Part shown: in pieces, positions 1 to 13,036 of the stretch
Numbering within the stretch: the stretch's first letter is position 1
Layout: each line of letters begins with the position of its first letter
Assembly: GCF_002113885.1 (NCBI RefSeq)
Contig: NW_018404492.1
Location: forward strand, 6,553,255-6,617,254
Source: Mizuhopecten yessoensis
Lineage: Eukaryota
Direction of reading: 5' to 3'
DNA length: 64,000 nucleotides
Translations under genes and position numbers: made by a program
Notes under the pieces: model-generated
What the model was told of the DNA's origin: nothing
The model's input: the letters and a program-made list of their open reading frames with translations, nothing else
The model's database searches: none

Positions 1-2197
1 AAGTACTGAGGATATGGAAGCTCTACCTGAAAGTGTAGAATTCGGGTTAGACCTGTTTTTCGAGTTTCCCTAAGCACCGTCCTTGTCTGTTTTTGACAGT
101 TTTATATGGTATTCCATACTGTATTTCAAACTCATAAGCCGTAATAACTTTTAAACCTCTTAGCCATGTACTCCATCTTCGAAGTCTTTTAGAATTTGAA
201 CTTTTTAGTTGTTTTACTCGAGCTGTATATTCATGTACTTAAATTTCATATTCATATACATGTACTTAAAACGATTGTCAAATACTCGAGATTCACAGTT
301 TACTCTTATTTTATAGTCATATACACCAGTATAATCAAACACCGTCGTCTTAATTGAACCGTTTATTCTAACAAGCATACATTGTACTCAAATCATACAT
401 TCTACTCTACAGTCATAAACTTAAAATCCATACTCATATATTTGAACCTGTTTAAGCAAATTCGCAGAGCAGGACCGCTGCCTCTTATTGAGAAGTGAGG
501 GTTTGCTTTATTTCCCCAAAGTATGCCGATATCAAATCGAATCTACAGACAAAAGTCACAGAAACGGCGGAATGGGGTAGTGACATGTTCCGACATTATA
601 CATGCGACTAGTATATAACGATGATTATATATCTGTAAGTAACACGCAGGTCTCGTCTCTCAAGGAAAGCGAGACAGCAAAGGTTAACATTATCGTGGTA
701 TTTCCGGTTGCTGTTGTTAAGTTTCACTGGTCACTGGCATCATATCTCGTTAATACTGGCATATCACTAAACCTGGCAACGCTCGGTGTCACCGTTGTAC
801 GGCTTTGACCCTGAGAATTAAACCAATTATCTCGATCGTTGACCTTTGTAGTCCTGTTAGGATGTGTTAAAACTTACAGTCTACATAGCTATGGTATACA
901 GTAATGCTGAATATTTACAAACTTCAAATGTGATATATATATAATCATAAAAAGGCACATGGAAAAGAAGACCATTGCATGCGTTCACGCAAGGACGGCG
1001 AACTAAATGCTCCCAAGCAATTTAATATACATAAGTCATGTTTCAGACATAATAAGCAAAGTTGGCAATGCATGTGCATGCACATCAAAGTACTTTGTAC
1101 CGGCTAGACTATTGTTCGGTACAATCTGGGTGGCATCTGGATTGGCAAGATATATTGTAACAAATCCAGCATCCACGTGCACCAGAAATAGGGCGATCAT
1201 TTCTAATTATAGCAGTGTAAGTAATTAAGTATAACCGATAATTGTGTTGTTAGTGTACAGCTTCATGTCGATTATGCTTTTCTTCACAGTATATAAGGTA
1301 CGGTTCGTAAACAATTGTTTGTTGTTCAAAAACTACATCAATAAAATGTGTATCTACATATACTTACGTACATGAGTTGGCCCAGCCTCAGTCATGACTG
1401 AATCATCATCGTCTCTGGTTGTTTGTACATTTAAAAGTGTAGACAGTAAACAAGTGTAAATAACAGTGTTTTCCTTTGTGAATATAAACACAAACAGACG
1501 CAAGTGTGTATATATGTATACGTACCAGAATCGTACGGACTTAGGGGTCGCGCTCGACCTCATGTCACAAAAGGCTGTGGCGGGAAAGTTGATGCATACA
1601 GCTCATATCATCCCTGCTTTTGTTTACTGATACTGTCGGCTATTGTTTAGATTGTTGATCGATGAAATATCGTGCTTTCTTTATAGATGTATTTTTTCCT
1701 GGTAATATTTTGGGAGGGTGAGTAATTACGTTGTATACGGTTTATCCTCCTTCACGTCACATTAATCGCTCCAGACACGTGAAACACGTGTGGTTATGGG
1801 ATATATACACAGTACATGTACGTACTAGCCTGTCCTAGGCACTTTAACATAAGTAAGATCAGACTAGCTCCGTATTACTTACTGTATATACACACACAGT
1901 ATACGTATACACCACCCACTATATCCCTGATCGAGTTATTCAATCCAGATGGTATTCTTTTGACGACACCACACACATATATGTCCTTGCGAATAACGAC
2001 GTTTCTCCTTTCAGACCTACAACTTTTAAATTGTTGTAGATTTTATAAATACAATTGTAAATATTTAAACTAGTTTTAACGGTTTCACCAAATAATAGAA
2101 CTACATAGTTCAACAGTTTCGAGCCCTTTAAATGTATTGAACGCATAGCAAGGCAATGATGTTCGTTTGCACGGTATAGAGTACCCGTGTACCGTAT

Positions 2198-2396
2198 TGG
2201 GGAGCTAAGGCCCGAGTAATATGGGGGTTGGGGTGGAGGGGATAGGGGATCCCCCGGAGTTACTAACTTAGAGTCGTGTACATACTACAGTGGGGAGCTA
2301 AGGCCCGTGTAACATGGGGGTTGGGGTGGATGGGATGGGGGAGTTACAAAAAAATGTACTAACTTAGGGTCGTGTACATACTACCGTGGGGAGCTA
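2198..2396 (+). repeat. G-rich tandem repeat, ~93-96 bp unit, 2+ copies
   Basis: TGGGGAGCTA recurs at 2198, 2291 and 2387; units share GGGGGTTGGGGTGG and TACTAACTTAG.GTCGTGTACATACTAC. Confidence 0.85.
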
Positions 2397-3659
2397 TCAT
2401 GTGCAGCTAGCAGGGGCCGTGTTCTACATTGAGGAGCTAGAATACCGTAAAATGGGACTGGGACACCAGTTATAACGTCAGTAATTGACATACAATCAGC
2501 ACTCATTAATATTTCACTGTTATGTCTTCACTATCCCTTAATATCAGTTACCTACAAACTATGGATTTAAAATCCAAACAAGATTTGACCTGTGAGTGAA
2601 CAATTACCTAGGGTATGCTTCTGCATTTAAATGTCGTTTTCGTTATACATCATAGACTCTAGTTTTACATTTTGTAACTGAGCACTTATATTTTGTACAA
2701 ACAATCATAACACTTTGACATGTCTCGACTGGACGCTATATAACTATTCGTGTTTACACGATATACATTTTATAATTAATGCTAATTAAGATATGATTTG
2801 TCGTTCAGTAATAATAAAAATAAAATATAGTGAATAATTTCACGTGACAGTGTCGTTGTTGATGTTGATAAATCAATATTTCTGCTCTAACCCCTTTGCA
2901 TGTGATGATGTGAAATTATTTTGTCTAACTTAGATCAGGGACGTGTTTATTGTGTATACGTCTCCGCTTTTATATAGACAATGGTTTATTGTGATCGCGT
3001 ATCAATACACGTAGGATAATAGCAATTTAAGGAAGTGTGATTCAAACCAAACATCAGCTCCGCCCAGCGTGCCGACAGCCCTGTCCGGTTTACGTAGCAT
3101 AGTATTGGACTTTATATTTCCCATTAATGTATGCATTAATTAATTTAATAAAATGCTTCCTTGTTCATACGAAAACAAATTATTGTCTCCTCTACTTAAT
3201 TTTATGAAATAATGACGAAACAGTAGCGATATGGAAAAAAAGGATGAACAAACTATATCTCTAATACCGACTGGCTTACACACACACACACATATATATA
3301 TATTAGTTGAATGCTGAGATTTAGACATATAGGTACGGATGTCGATAATCAACCGTGCTGTAATCATATACTCGGAAACATGTAGATGTGACTGAAATTT
3401 AATTGAAACAACAGTTCATTTCCTTATTTTTTCTATGTAACTTTATGACATTGGGCATTTTTTTTCTGAAGATGGCAGTTCAACATTATATAGGCGATAC
3501 CATGCATACAAGGTATCGTCATCTGACGTCTCATGTTGAACACGGGCTTTTCGCGTATATATTTATTTCAGGAGGGTGTTACTACTACATGCATACGATT
3601 TTCCTAAAATAATCAAGAGCTATTTGCGATAATAAAAACTGTTCCCGTCATAACCCCGT

Positions 3660-3745
3660 AATTTGAATCCCAAAAGTTTGAATCAGCAACAATGGCGGAC
3701 TAAACGACGTCGAGGTCGTAACAAAGACGTCACGACGCAGAGAAG
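3660..3745 (+). promoter_or_regulatory. Putative TSS region / non-coding first exon of the FEM1 gene
   Basis: CpG-containing patch with YY1-like CAACAATGGCGG (ATG at 3692), CRE-like GACGTCA, and donor AAG|GTATGA at 3746. A candidate acceptor CCAG|G at 6567-6568 lies 49 nt before the FEM1 ATG. The start coordinate is approximate. Confidence 0.45.
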
Positions 3746-5019
3746 GTATGAATAGTCGATAGTGTAACCTTTGGATTTCGAACATGGTAGGTTCTGGAAT
3801 TAAAGTGATTTTGTTAAGTCGAAGAAAAACGTGGATAGATTTAAAAGGATATTGTTTTGCGATATAAACATTGAGTTTCTATACTTACTGTCGATGAAAT
3901 CAAACAATATATCGCCTTTCATGACAGTACTGATATATTGTCGAGTCTTGCGTTTCCTCTTTCAAAGAAGAACCTACGCTAGGAACTAAAATTTATATCT
4001 GCTGCCCCCTATTACGACACTTGGGACTTTTATCTTTTCCCTGCAGTACATACACATTGTTTTCGGCGGTGTACCTTTAGGCATCCATCGCCGTGTCACC
4101 TTATGAATATTTTGAGGACGTAACCCCCACCCACAAACACACACACACACACCCACACACCCACCACACACCCAAAAGGTAAACTAAAGATTATTAACCT
4201 ACGTAGAGAGATCAAATATGAAGAAAATAAAGCATTTAAATATCACCATCATAAAACATGCATCTGAAAACAGGTACAAGTAAATATCTGTGATTAATGA
4301 GATTATATCAGATTTTTACTTATAATCAGAGACGTAAAAAAAACGTCTCTGATATAATTATTGCACAGATACATTATAAAAAAATGATGAACGATCGGGA
4401 CATAAAGATTGAAACTGCTATGCATTTCAACTATACATACAAAATATTAGGTAATGATAAGTTGCTGCACGAGAGGAGCAATTCTATATTAGTATATACT
4501 TCTTCATAACATTTATTATCGTTATGCAAGTTCATCACGAATAAATAGCATACAAATCTATATGCTAATCGGTTTTACGGTATTAGTTATCATGCAAGAC
4601 ATTATAGTGGCTGCACGATTGTTTAAATATAACTCATATTTACTAGTTCTGTACGTGGCACATGTTGCAGCTTGGTATTACTTCCGTTCCCAGGTTGTGT
4701 TCACACCGATTCCGATGCTTAGGCCAAATAAAAATAAATCTTGTGTTTCCACTAACCCTTCTTACCCTACATGTTTCGGCCTATACCCTAAAGTTGATAG
4801 TTGCATTTCGTGATATCCACTATTAAAGTCATAACCCCTGCTTTATATAAGCACAATAAAACAATTTCCAAAATAAAGAAAATTCCTTTACTACCTACCT
4901 CTTTGTTTGAAGATGATAGCGGAAACATAACTTTTTTTGGTCTTATGTAAACTAGATATTTTATAACTGTACAGTAATGATGTGCTGTAAATGATACTTT
5001 GATAGGCCCACAAGTTATA

Positions 5020-6240
5020 ATATCAGAAAGAAAACAACAGATAAAATTAAATTCTGTTCTTAGTAGCTGGGCTGACATCCAGAAAGGGGTACCTTGGGCC
5101 CCTTTTATTTAACAGTTTTATAAATGACATTTTTATTTATTAAAAAGGGTTCATTGTACAAGTATGCAGATGATAATACCCTTTCATTCTGTAGTCCTGA
5201 TTACGATATTTTTAATTTCAACATTGGAATCTGAGTCACTTCAACTAATAGATTAGTTCAGGGTGCATACGATGCAAGCAAACCGTGATACATTTCAAGT
5301 TTTGGCTGTTGGTAAAAATACTTATTGTAAAAATCCTTGTATTCTATTCAAAACACTGAACTGTCATGCGAAAAAAATGTTAGATTGCTTGGCATAGATA
5401 TTGATTACCAATTCTGATGCACAAATAAGGAAGATTTGCAGGAAGGCATCCAAGCAACTGAATATTCTCAAACGTTTGGGCACTTTTTCGAACAGACTGA
5501 GTAAATTAACCATCTTTCATTCATTTATTTTAGATAATTTTAATTTTCGCCCTTTGGCATGGCATTTCTGCACAGCGAAAAATTCTATTTTTTTTTTAGA
5601 AAAAGTGCAAGAAAGAGCACTCCGTTTTGTATATGAAGACTTTTCAAGCTCGTACGAGAATTTACTTGAAAAGGCGAAGATGCCTTCTCTGCAGGTCACA
5701 TGAATGAGAACAATGGCAATTGAAACTTTTAGAATTGTTAATAAGCAATTTAGCTGGCACCTGTATGTTTACAAGATTTATTTAAGGTAAAACAATCTAA
5801 ATATTTTGTCAGATATAATAATATATTGGACATTCCAAATGTAAAAACTACAACTTATAGTAACATTTTTTTTTTTTAAATTTGATACTGCTACATTGTG
5901 GAACAGTCTTCCGGACCATTTCAGGACGGACAACAGTTTCTCTCATTTCAAGAGTCTTATACAGTCCTTGAATGGTTCGGAATGCCGCTATTCTGTATGT
6001 AAATAAGCTTTCAGTTAATTTCAATGTGCCTTTTTTTTTTTTATTGCATATGCTTGCATATGAATTGCTCTGCCATCTTGCTTACTTTTATGTGTGCTTT
6101 CTCTATTTTTAGTTTGCTTGCATGCTCCTGTTTTTATGTTGTTGTTTAATTATACTTGTATGTATTCGGTTAGAGCATTAGAGCTTATGTTTTGACGTTT
6201 GTAACTATACCGAATTTGAATAAAGCTTTCATATTCATAT
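5020..6240 (+). mobile_element. 5'-truncated, degenerate non-LTR retrotransposon (LINE, CR1/L2-group-like): RT C-terminus plus 3' UTR
   Basis: RT motifs read across frameshifts: RKQQIKL..SSWADIQKGVP, FINDIF, YADDNT (5163-5180), and ORF 5401-5703 ICRKASKQLNILKRL...LEKVQERALRFV. It ends with AATAAA (6219) and a short TTCATA repeat tail. Confidence 0.85.
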
Positions 6241-6617
6241 AATAATAAAGAAGAATTACATAATAATTCAGAAAAATAAGTTAACCATGACATGTATGAA
6301 TAAAGAGCATATAAACAATATATTTAAATCAAAAAGCCTATTCGATGTTATTAGAAAGACCACGGACGAAGACAGCAAAATAGAATTCCGTATCGCATGT
6401 GTTAGTTGCAACATACCAGCGTGGTTACACGTAGTTCATTTTTTAAATGGGAGTTGTCGTTCTTACACGTGTATAGGAAGCGCCACCGTAGACGTCAGAC
6501 GCCATATTGGAATGAATAACCATGATTTTCACCTATCTTTCCTCAACTTTACAAATATTGTGATCCAGGAAGCTACGACAATGATGTAGGGGAGTTCGCT
6601 GCCTTCCCACGAAGGCG

Positions 6618-7161
6618 ATGGAGTACAGAAGTGTTGTTTATAACGCCGCAAGAGACGGCAAGCTCAACAGACTTAAAATATTTCTCGACCACAAGTCGAA
6701 AGAAGAAGTGGCAAAACTTGTCCATGCTAAAACAAATGGGGCTACCCCTCTGATTATGGCCTGTAGAAACGGTCATCAAGATGTGGTGAAGTATCTCATC
6801 AATACGTGTAAGGTTGACAACGAACAGGTGGGCTCTGTAACGTTCGACGGCGAAACTATCGAGGGTGCGCCCCCTCTGTGGTGTGCTGCTGCGGCAGGAC
6901 ATCTTCAAATTGTGGAACATTTAGTGGAAAAAAATGCAGGAGTTAACAAAACAACATTTACAAACTCTACACCTCTCAGGGCTGCGTGTTTCGATGGCCA
7001 TTTTGAGATAGTGAAATTCCTTGTTGAGCATAAAGCCAACATCGAGATAGCTAACAGACATGGTCACACATGTTTGATGATTTCCTGTTATAAAGGACAC
7101 AAAGAAATTGCTCAGTATTTACTTGAATTGGGTGCTGATGTAAACAGAAAGAGTGTGAAAG
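6618..7161 (+). CDS. fem1c: Protein fem-1 homolog (FEM1A/C type), coding exon 1; ankyrin repeats
   Basis: VYNAARDGKL, GATPLIMACRNGH, FDGETIEGAPPLWCAAAAGH, NSTPLRAACFDGH and GHTCLMISCYKGH are FEM1A/C signatures. Donor AAG|GTATAA at 7162, phase 1. Confidence 0.95.
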
Positions 7162-7837
7162 GTATAATAGATTCTAACATTTTGATACTAACCGTCGTTT
7201 CATATAAGAAATAATTAGATTTACATAATAATTGCAGTCATTCAAAAAGGACTTTGTAATCGGTGGGGTAAACTATAAAAGAAAAGAGTAGAAATATGAA
7301 AAGGAATATTAAATTGGGTATTTTCAGACAAAAGGACCATGCTAGAAAGTTGTAGTATACTAAGGTATATAATTACATTGGTGTACAATCACACATTGAA
7401 AAGTATACTTCCATCTTGAGGTATATGTATATCATTGCTACTCCAACAGTGTTAGAGGTTTACACGGCGAGATACTTTTGACAGGCGCCGTGTTGTAGTT
7501 GACGAAATCAAGGATAGAAAAAAGTCGTCCAGTGGCCTCTTTATGTTATTAGAGTGATATTACTGCATGCAGATGTTGTTACTTTGGTGTCCGCACTTGG
7601 ACCTGGGTACCCTGTAAGTCAATGTCCTAATTAGCCTTCATCTCGCAAACATGTACTCTGGAAGACACAAAGTCATGTTTTTTCCATGCCGGGGAGGTAT
7701 GCCACAGTGGCGAACCACCTTATTGACTTGTTGGTAGTTGGAGGGAATTTGTTATCTTAATCAATCACTCGTTCAATTCAAATAGTTACAAATTTATAGA
7801 AACTGTCAACAGTGACAATTTCATTCAAGCAGTCTGC

Positions 7838-8533
7838 TAGTCCGAATTATTCTGACGTTTTATCGACTTTTTTCATATCGGTCTGTCGTCGATTAACGTC
7901 AGAACTCCGGCCCTCTATAATATGCGGGAAATATGCGACCTGCGCCCGGAGCGCACTTCCAACTGATATTTTAGAAACAAATCGTCACTTTCACACACAT
8001 GTCGCACATGGATCGAAAGACCTATTCTTTATGCACAATATGAACATACATAACATGCCTCAAACAACTAATACAATCACTGAAAACATATTACTGTATT
8101 TCAAACTTACTCTGTTTTACTCTAGTTTTTTGATAGCCCCGCCTTCCAATGCCATATGACTAAAATCTCGCCGGCCTACCGTCATAAAGTTGGAAAATAC
8201 CTTCGGTAACGTGAGATCTCGTCAAGTCATATGACATTTCTCATGGCCTAATTTCCATAAAAACATGGGTTGGTATAGAAAACGTTGGAAAATACTTTTC
8301 GTAATGATCTTTGAAACATGTTATTGATCCCACCTAGTGCATAAAGAATAGGTCTTTCGATCCATGTGCGACATGTGTGTGAAAGTGACGATTTGTTTCT
8401 AAAATATCAGTTTGAAGTGCGCTCCGGGCGCGGGTCGCATTTCCCGCATATTATAGAGGGCCGGAGTTCTGACGTTAATCGACGACAGACCGATATGAAA
8501 AAAGTCGATAAAACGTCAGAATAATTCAGACTA
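7838..8533. mobile_element. Non-autonomous DNA transposon (MITE), 696 bp, ~200 bp TIRs, 9 bp TSD
   Basis: 7838-8036 is the near-perfect reverse complement of 8337-8533 (TAGTCCGAATTATTCTGACG... / ...CGTCAGAATAATTCAGACTA). GCAGTCTGC is duplicated at 7829-7837 and 8534-8542. Confidence 0.92.
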
Positions 8534-9210
8534 GCAGTCTGCATGCCAAGTTTTGAGTGTCATCTGATTTCAAATCCAATGGGGCGAAATGCTGTAATAT
8601 GTAATCTTCAGTAATTAGTAGTTGTCAGGACTAGATCTTGAGTTAGCTACAGAAACAAACACTAGCTACTACATCATGTAGATAAAAAAGAAATTGTAAT
8701 TTAGTGTACTTTTGGATACAAGTTCAATCATGTCATGTGATATATGCAACAATTATGAGGATTCCGTTGCTCAAACCAGTACAATTCATGATCAGCCCAC
8801 CTGATGAGGTAAAGGTGAATATAATGTTATTCCCTTGGAGCCAATTCAAACTGGTAAATTCTGTATATACCATAAATATAACAGTTGTGTTTTCAGTTAT
8901 GGATACATAGTAACATATTTTTTTACCACCTTATGGACATGGTTTCAAAATTTGATGTCTTTTCAAGTCTTGACCCCATGACTGGCCAGCTGAGGGCAAT
9001 GCCAGTCCTACATAATTTGTCTATGTTAATATAAAAATGTAAAATTCAGCAGCAATGTATATATCTTGAGATCATGGTCAAATAGTTTATAATCATTGTC
9101 AACAGTATGAAGCTTTTAAGGATCAAGAATAGAATATTAGCTCCGTCTTCTAAGTAAATCATTATGGAGTAGATATGGGCTTTTTGTTTGCTTATTTGAT
9201 GTATTTATTA

Positions 9211-11596
9211 CAAGGTCATATCATGTTGTTCACTTTTACATCCTCGTAGCACTAACAGACAAACAGATAGAAAGATGTTCACTTTTCCACCCTTGTAGCA
9301 ACCAAGGTCATAGAAAGACGTTCAGTTTTACATCCTCTTAACAGTCAAGGTCATAGAAAGACATTCAGCTTACATCCTCCTAACAGTCAAGGTCATAGAA
9401 AGACGTTCAGTTTTACATCCTAGTAACAGTCAAGGCCATAGAAAGACATTCAGTTTTACATCCTCATAGCAGTCAAAGTCATAGAAAGACATTCAGTTTT
9501 ACATCCTCGTTACAGTCAAGGTCAAAGAAAGACATTCAGCTTACATCCTCGTAACAGTCAAGGTCATAGAAAGACATTCAGTTTTACATCCTCATAGCAG
9601 TCAAGGTCATAGAAAGATGTTCAGTTTTACATCCTCGTAACAGTCAAGGTCATAGAAAGACATTCAGTTTTACATACTCGTTAAAGTCAAGGTCATAGAA
9701 AGACATTCGGTTTTACATCCTCATAGCAGTCAAGGTCATAGAAGGACATTCAGTTTAACATCCTTGTACAGTCAAGGTCAAAGAAAGACATTCAGCTTAC
9801 ATCCTCGTAACAGTCAAGGTCATAGAAAGACGTTCAGTTTTACATCCTAGTAACAGTCAAGGTCAAGAAAGACATTCAGTTTTACATCCTCATAGCAGTC
9901 AAGGTCATAGAAGGACATTCAGTTTAACATCCTTGTACAGTCAAGGTCAAAGAAAGACATTCAGCTTACATCCTCGTAACAGTCAAGGTCATAGAAAGAC
10001 GTTCAGTTTAACATCCTCTTAACAGTCAAGGTCATAGAAAGACATTCAGCTTACATCCTCGTAACAGTCAAGGTCATAGAAAGACGTTCAGTTTAACATC
10101 CTCTTAACAGTCAAGGTCATAGAAAGACATTCAGCTTACATCCTCGTAACAGTCAAGGTCATAGAAAGACGTTCAGTTTAACATCCTCTTAACAGTCAAG
10201 GTCATAGAAAGACATTCAGCTTACATCCTCGTAACAGTCAAGGTCATAGAAAGACGTTCAGTTTAACATCCTCTTAACAGTCAAGGTCATAGAAAGACAT
10301 TCAGCTTACATCCTCGTAACAGTCAAGGTCATAGAAAGACATTCAGTTTTACATCCTCCTAGCAGTCAAGGTCATAGAAAGACGTTCAGTTTTACATCCT
10401 AGTAACAGTCAAGGCCATAGAAAGACATTCAGTTTTACATCCTCATAGCAGTCAAGGTCATAGAAGGACATTCAGTTTAACATCCTTGTACAGTCAAGGT
10501 CAAAGAAAGACATTCAGCTTACATCCTCGTAACAGTCAATGTCATAGAAAGACGTTCAGATTTACATCCTCGTAACAGCCAAAGTCATAGAAAGACGTTC
10601 AGTTTTACATCCTCATAGCAGTCAAGGTCATAGAAAGACCCTCAGTTTTACATCCTCATAGCAGTCAAGGTCATAGAAAGACGTTCAGTTTTACATCCTA
10701 GTAACAGTCAAGGCCATAGAAAGACATTCAGTTTTACATCCTCATAGCAGTCAAGGTCATAGAAAGATGTTCAGTTTTACATCCTCGTAACAGTCACGGT
10801 CATAGAAAGAAATTCAGTTTTACATCCTCGTAACAGTCAAGGTCATAGAAAGACATTCAGTTTTACATCCTCGTAACAGTCAAGGTCATAGAAAGACATT
10901 CAGTTTTACATACTCGTTAAAGTCAAGGTCATAGAAAGACATTCGGTTTTACATCCTCATAGCAGTCAAGGTCATAGAAGGACATTCAGTTTAACATCCT
11001 TGTACAGTCAAGGTCAAAGAAAGACATTCAGCTTACATCCTCGTAACAGTCAATGTCATAGAAAGACGTTCAGATTTACATCCTCGTAACAGCCAAAGTC
11101 ATAGAAAGACGTTCAGTTTTACGTCCTCATAGCAGTCAAGGTCATAGAAAGACACTCCGTTTTACATCCTCATAGCAGTCAAGGTCATAGAAAGACCCTC
11201 AGTTTTACATCCTCATAGCAGTCAAGGTCATAGAAAGACATTCAGTTTTACATCCTCGTTAAAGTCAAGGTCATAGAAAGACATTCGGTTTTACATCCTC
11301 ATAGCAGTCAAGGTCATAGAAAGACATTCAATTTTACATCCTCGTAACAGCCAAGGTCATAGAAAGACGTTCAATTTTACATCCTCGTAACAGTAAAGGT
11401 CATAGAAAGACGTTCAGTTTTACATCCTCATAGCAGCCAAGGTCATACAAATTACGAAGATGTTCACTTTAACACCCTCGTAACAGCCAAGTCATAGAAA
11501 GACGTTCACTTTTACACCCTCGTAACAGCCAAGGTCATAGACAGACGTTCACTTTTACACCCCCGTAACAGCCAAGGTCATAGAAAGACGTTCAGT
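9211..11596 (+). repeat. Intronic minisatellite, 42-43 bp unit, ~55 copies
   Basis: Consensus AACAGTCAAGGTCATAGAAAGACATTCAGTTTTACATCCTCGT, head-to-tail with degenerate edges. Confidence 0.97.
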
Positions 11597-11679
11597 ATTC
11601 ATGGATGATGAGGCAATTCCATGCCAACTTTAAAGTGTCATCTTATTGAAATTTCATGGCTGAATTTTTGACACCACTG

Positions 11680-11850
11680 CTCCTAGCCTGGTTATGTTAT
11701 AATCGCAACCGGCTGACCAGTCCTAATTAACTCATTTAAAGCTAAACTTCAAGCAAAGGACAGTCAACTCCAACTATAAATGACTGTCTCGGCCGGGGAA
11801 CAGTACCCATATGTCTTTGCTTGGGCGACCGCTTAACACCTAGGCTAAAA
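11680..11850 (-). mobile_element. Degenerate tRNA-derived SINE remnant
   Basis: Reverse strand shows decayed A/B-box-like head (TAGCCTAGGTGTTAAGCG...GGGTACTGTTCCCCGGCCG), followed by a core-like segment resembling mollusc SINEs (recalled, not searched). Confidence 0.45.
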
Positions 11851-13036
11851 GTGATGTATTCATCAATGCCAAGTAAGACATTAGGAGAGGTGAAAAAGAT
11901 ATGAAATGTTGTAATGGGTCACAGTGCAGCAGTTTTATTTTGGTCACTTTCATTTGTGTCCCACAGCAAAAAAAAGGGTTTACCACAGTAGTCATCACCA
12001 CTTAATACTCTTAGGTAACTGCTAGCAGGTAAATTCCCTGCAGGGAATTGTATTTTACGGTAAAACTTAAAAGGCTGACCATAAAGAGTTTTTTTTTGTG
12101 TGATGGCTTACAGGTTAGATTATTTTACAAGAAGAGTCATGATGTATGGTGACTGACAATTGTACGTCATGTATACATTGTATTTTGGCACTTTGCCAAA
12201 TGTACCCATGTACTCCTGCAGAGTGATGAAAAGTGCCAACAGTAATAATATACTGCCTGTCGACTAACAAAAGGTTACCAGAAATATCAACTGATTGTAC
12301 ATGTAGTATTATGAATATATGTCCCAAACTCACACATCCCATGTCAGTCAGTACATTTATTTTAATGGGTTGTATTGGTGTTGGTATTACAAGGAACTGA
12401 TGAGCACCTGTGAACAGGTATACCTTTGAAAATCTATGTGTTTTTTTACTTTTCAATTGTACATGATGACGCTGATCTGACATGCATCAGCCACTAAATG
12501 TTCGCCAGAACATTATAACTCTTATGAAAATGAGGTGTTGCTGGCTCCAAGTTCAGCCAATATGGGCTACGATATATTTTTCATGTTTATTATGGTTATA
12601 GATAGTTATTCTTACTACTATACTCGTAATCCAACTGTGGAAGCTGTGAATCAGATGCTCAGATTCTGTTCCATTGGATAAACACTCTGGGCATATAATT
12701 ATATTTATAAATTCATATGTAATCCGTGATGTCGGATATATATTACCTCGGTGAATTAAATTTGCTCCTAAAGAGGATTATAGAAATTAGAAACGTGTAC
12801 AGAAATCTATATATCCAGATTTACAAACAATTATAGTAAGTAAGAACTCTCTATAACCTACAGCTACTTTTACCCAACTCTTAACTGATGTTATATTGTT
12901 GGGTCAACATGTAATCGTGCACATATGTATAAGAGCTGATTTACAAAAACCTAGGTACAGTATGTGAAATATCATGCATATATATCAATTTTGTGTATCA
13001 AGGAAATCATGTCTGATATTCTATTTATATTTGCAG

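Noticed and set aside
1-510. End of a Helentron/HINE-like element
   Set aside because: Only a short imperfect inverted repeat (AAGCAAA/TTTGCTT at 454-508) is visible, and the left part is outside the window.
9211-11596. CRISPR array or coding repeat
   Set aside because: Head-to-tail units without spacers; mixed 42/43 bp lengths break any frame; it lies in a FEM1 intron.
12964-13036. N-terminal 24 aa of the 465 aa ORF
   Set aside because: Intronic; FEM1 similarity starts at the acceptor at 13036.
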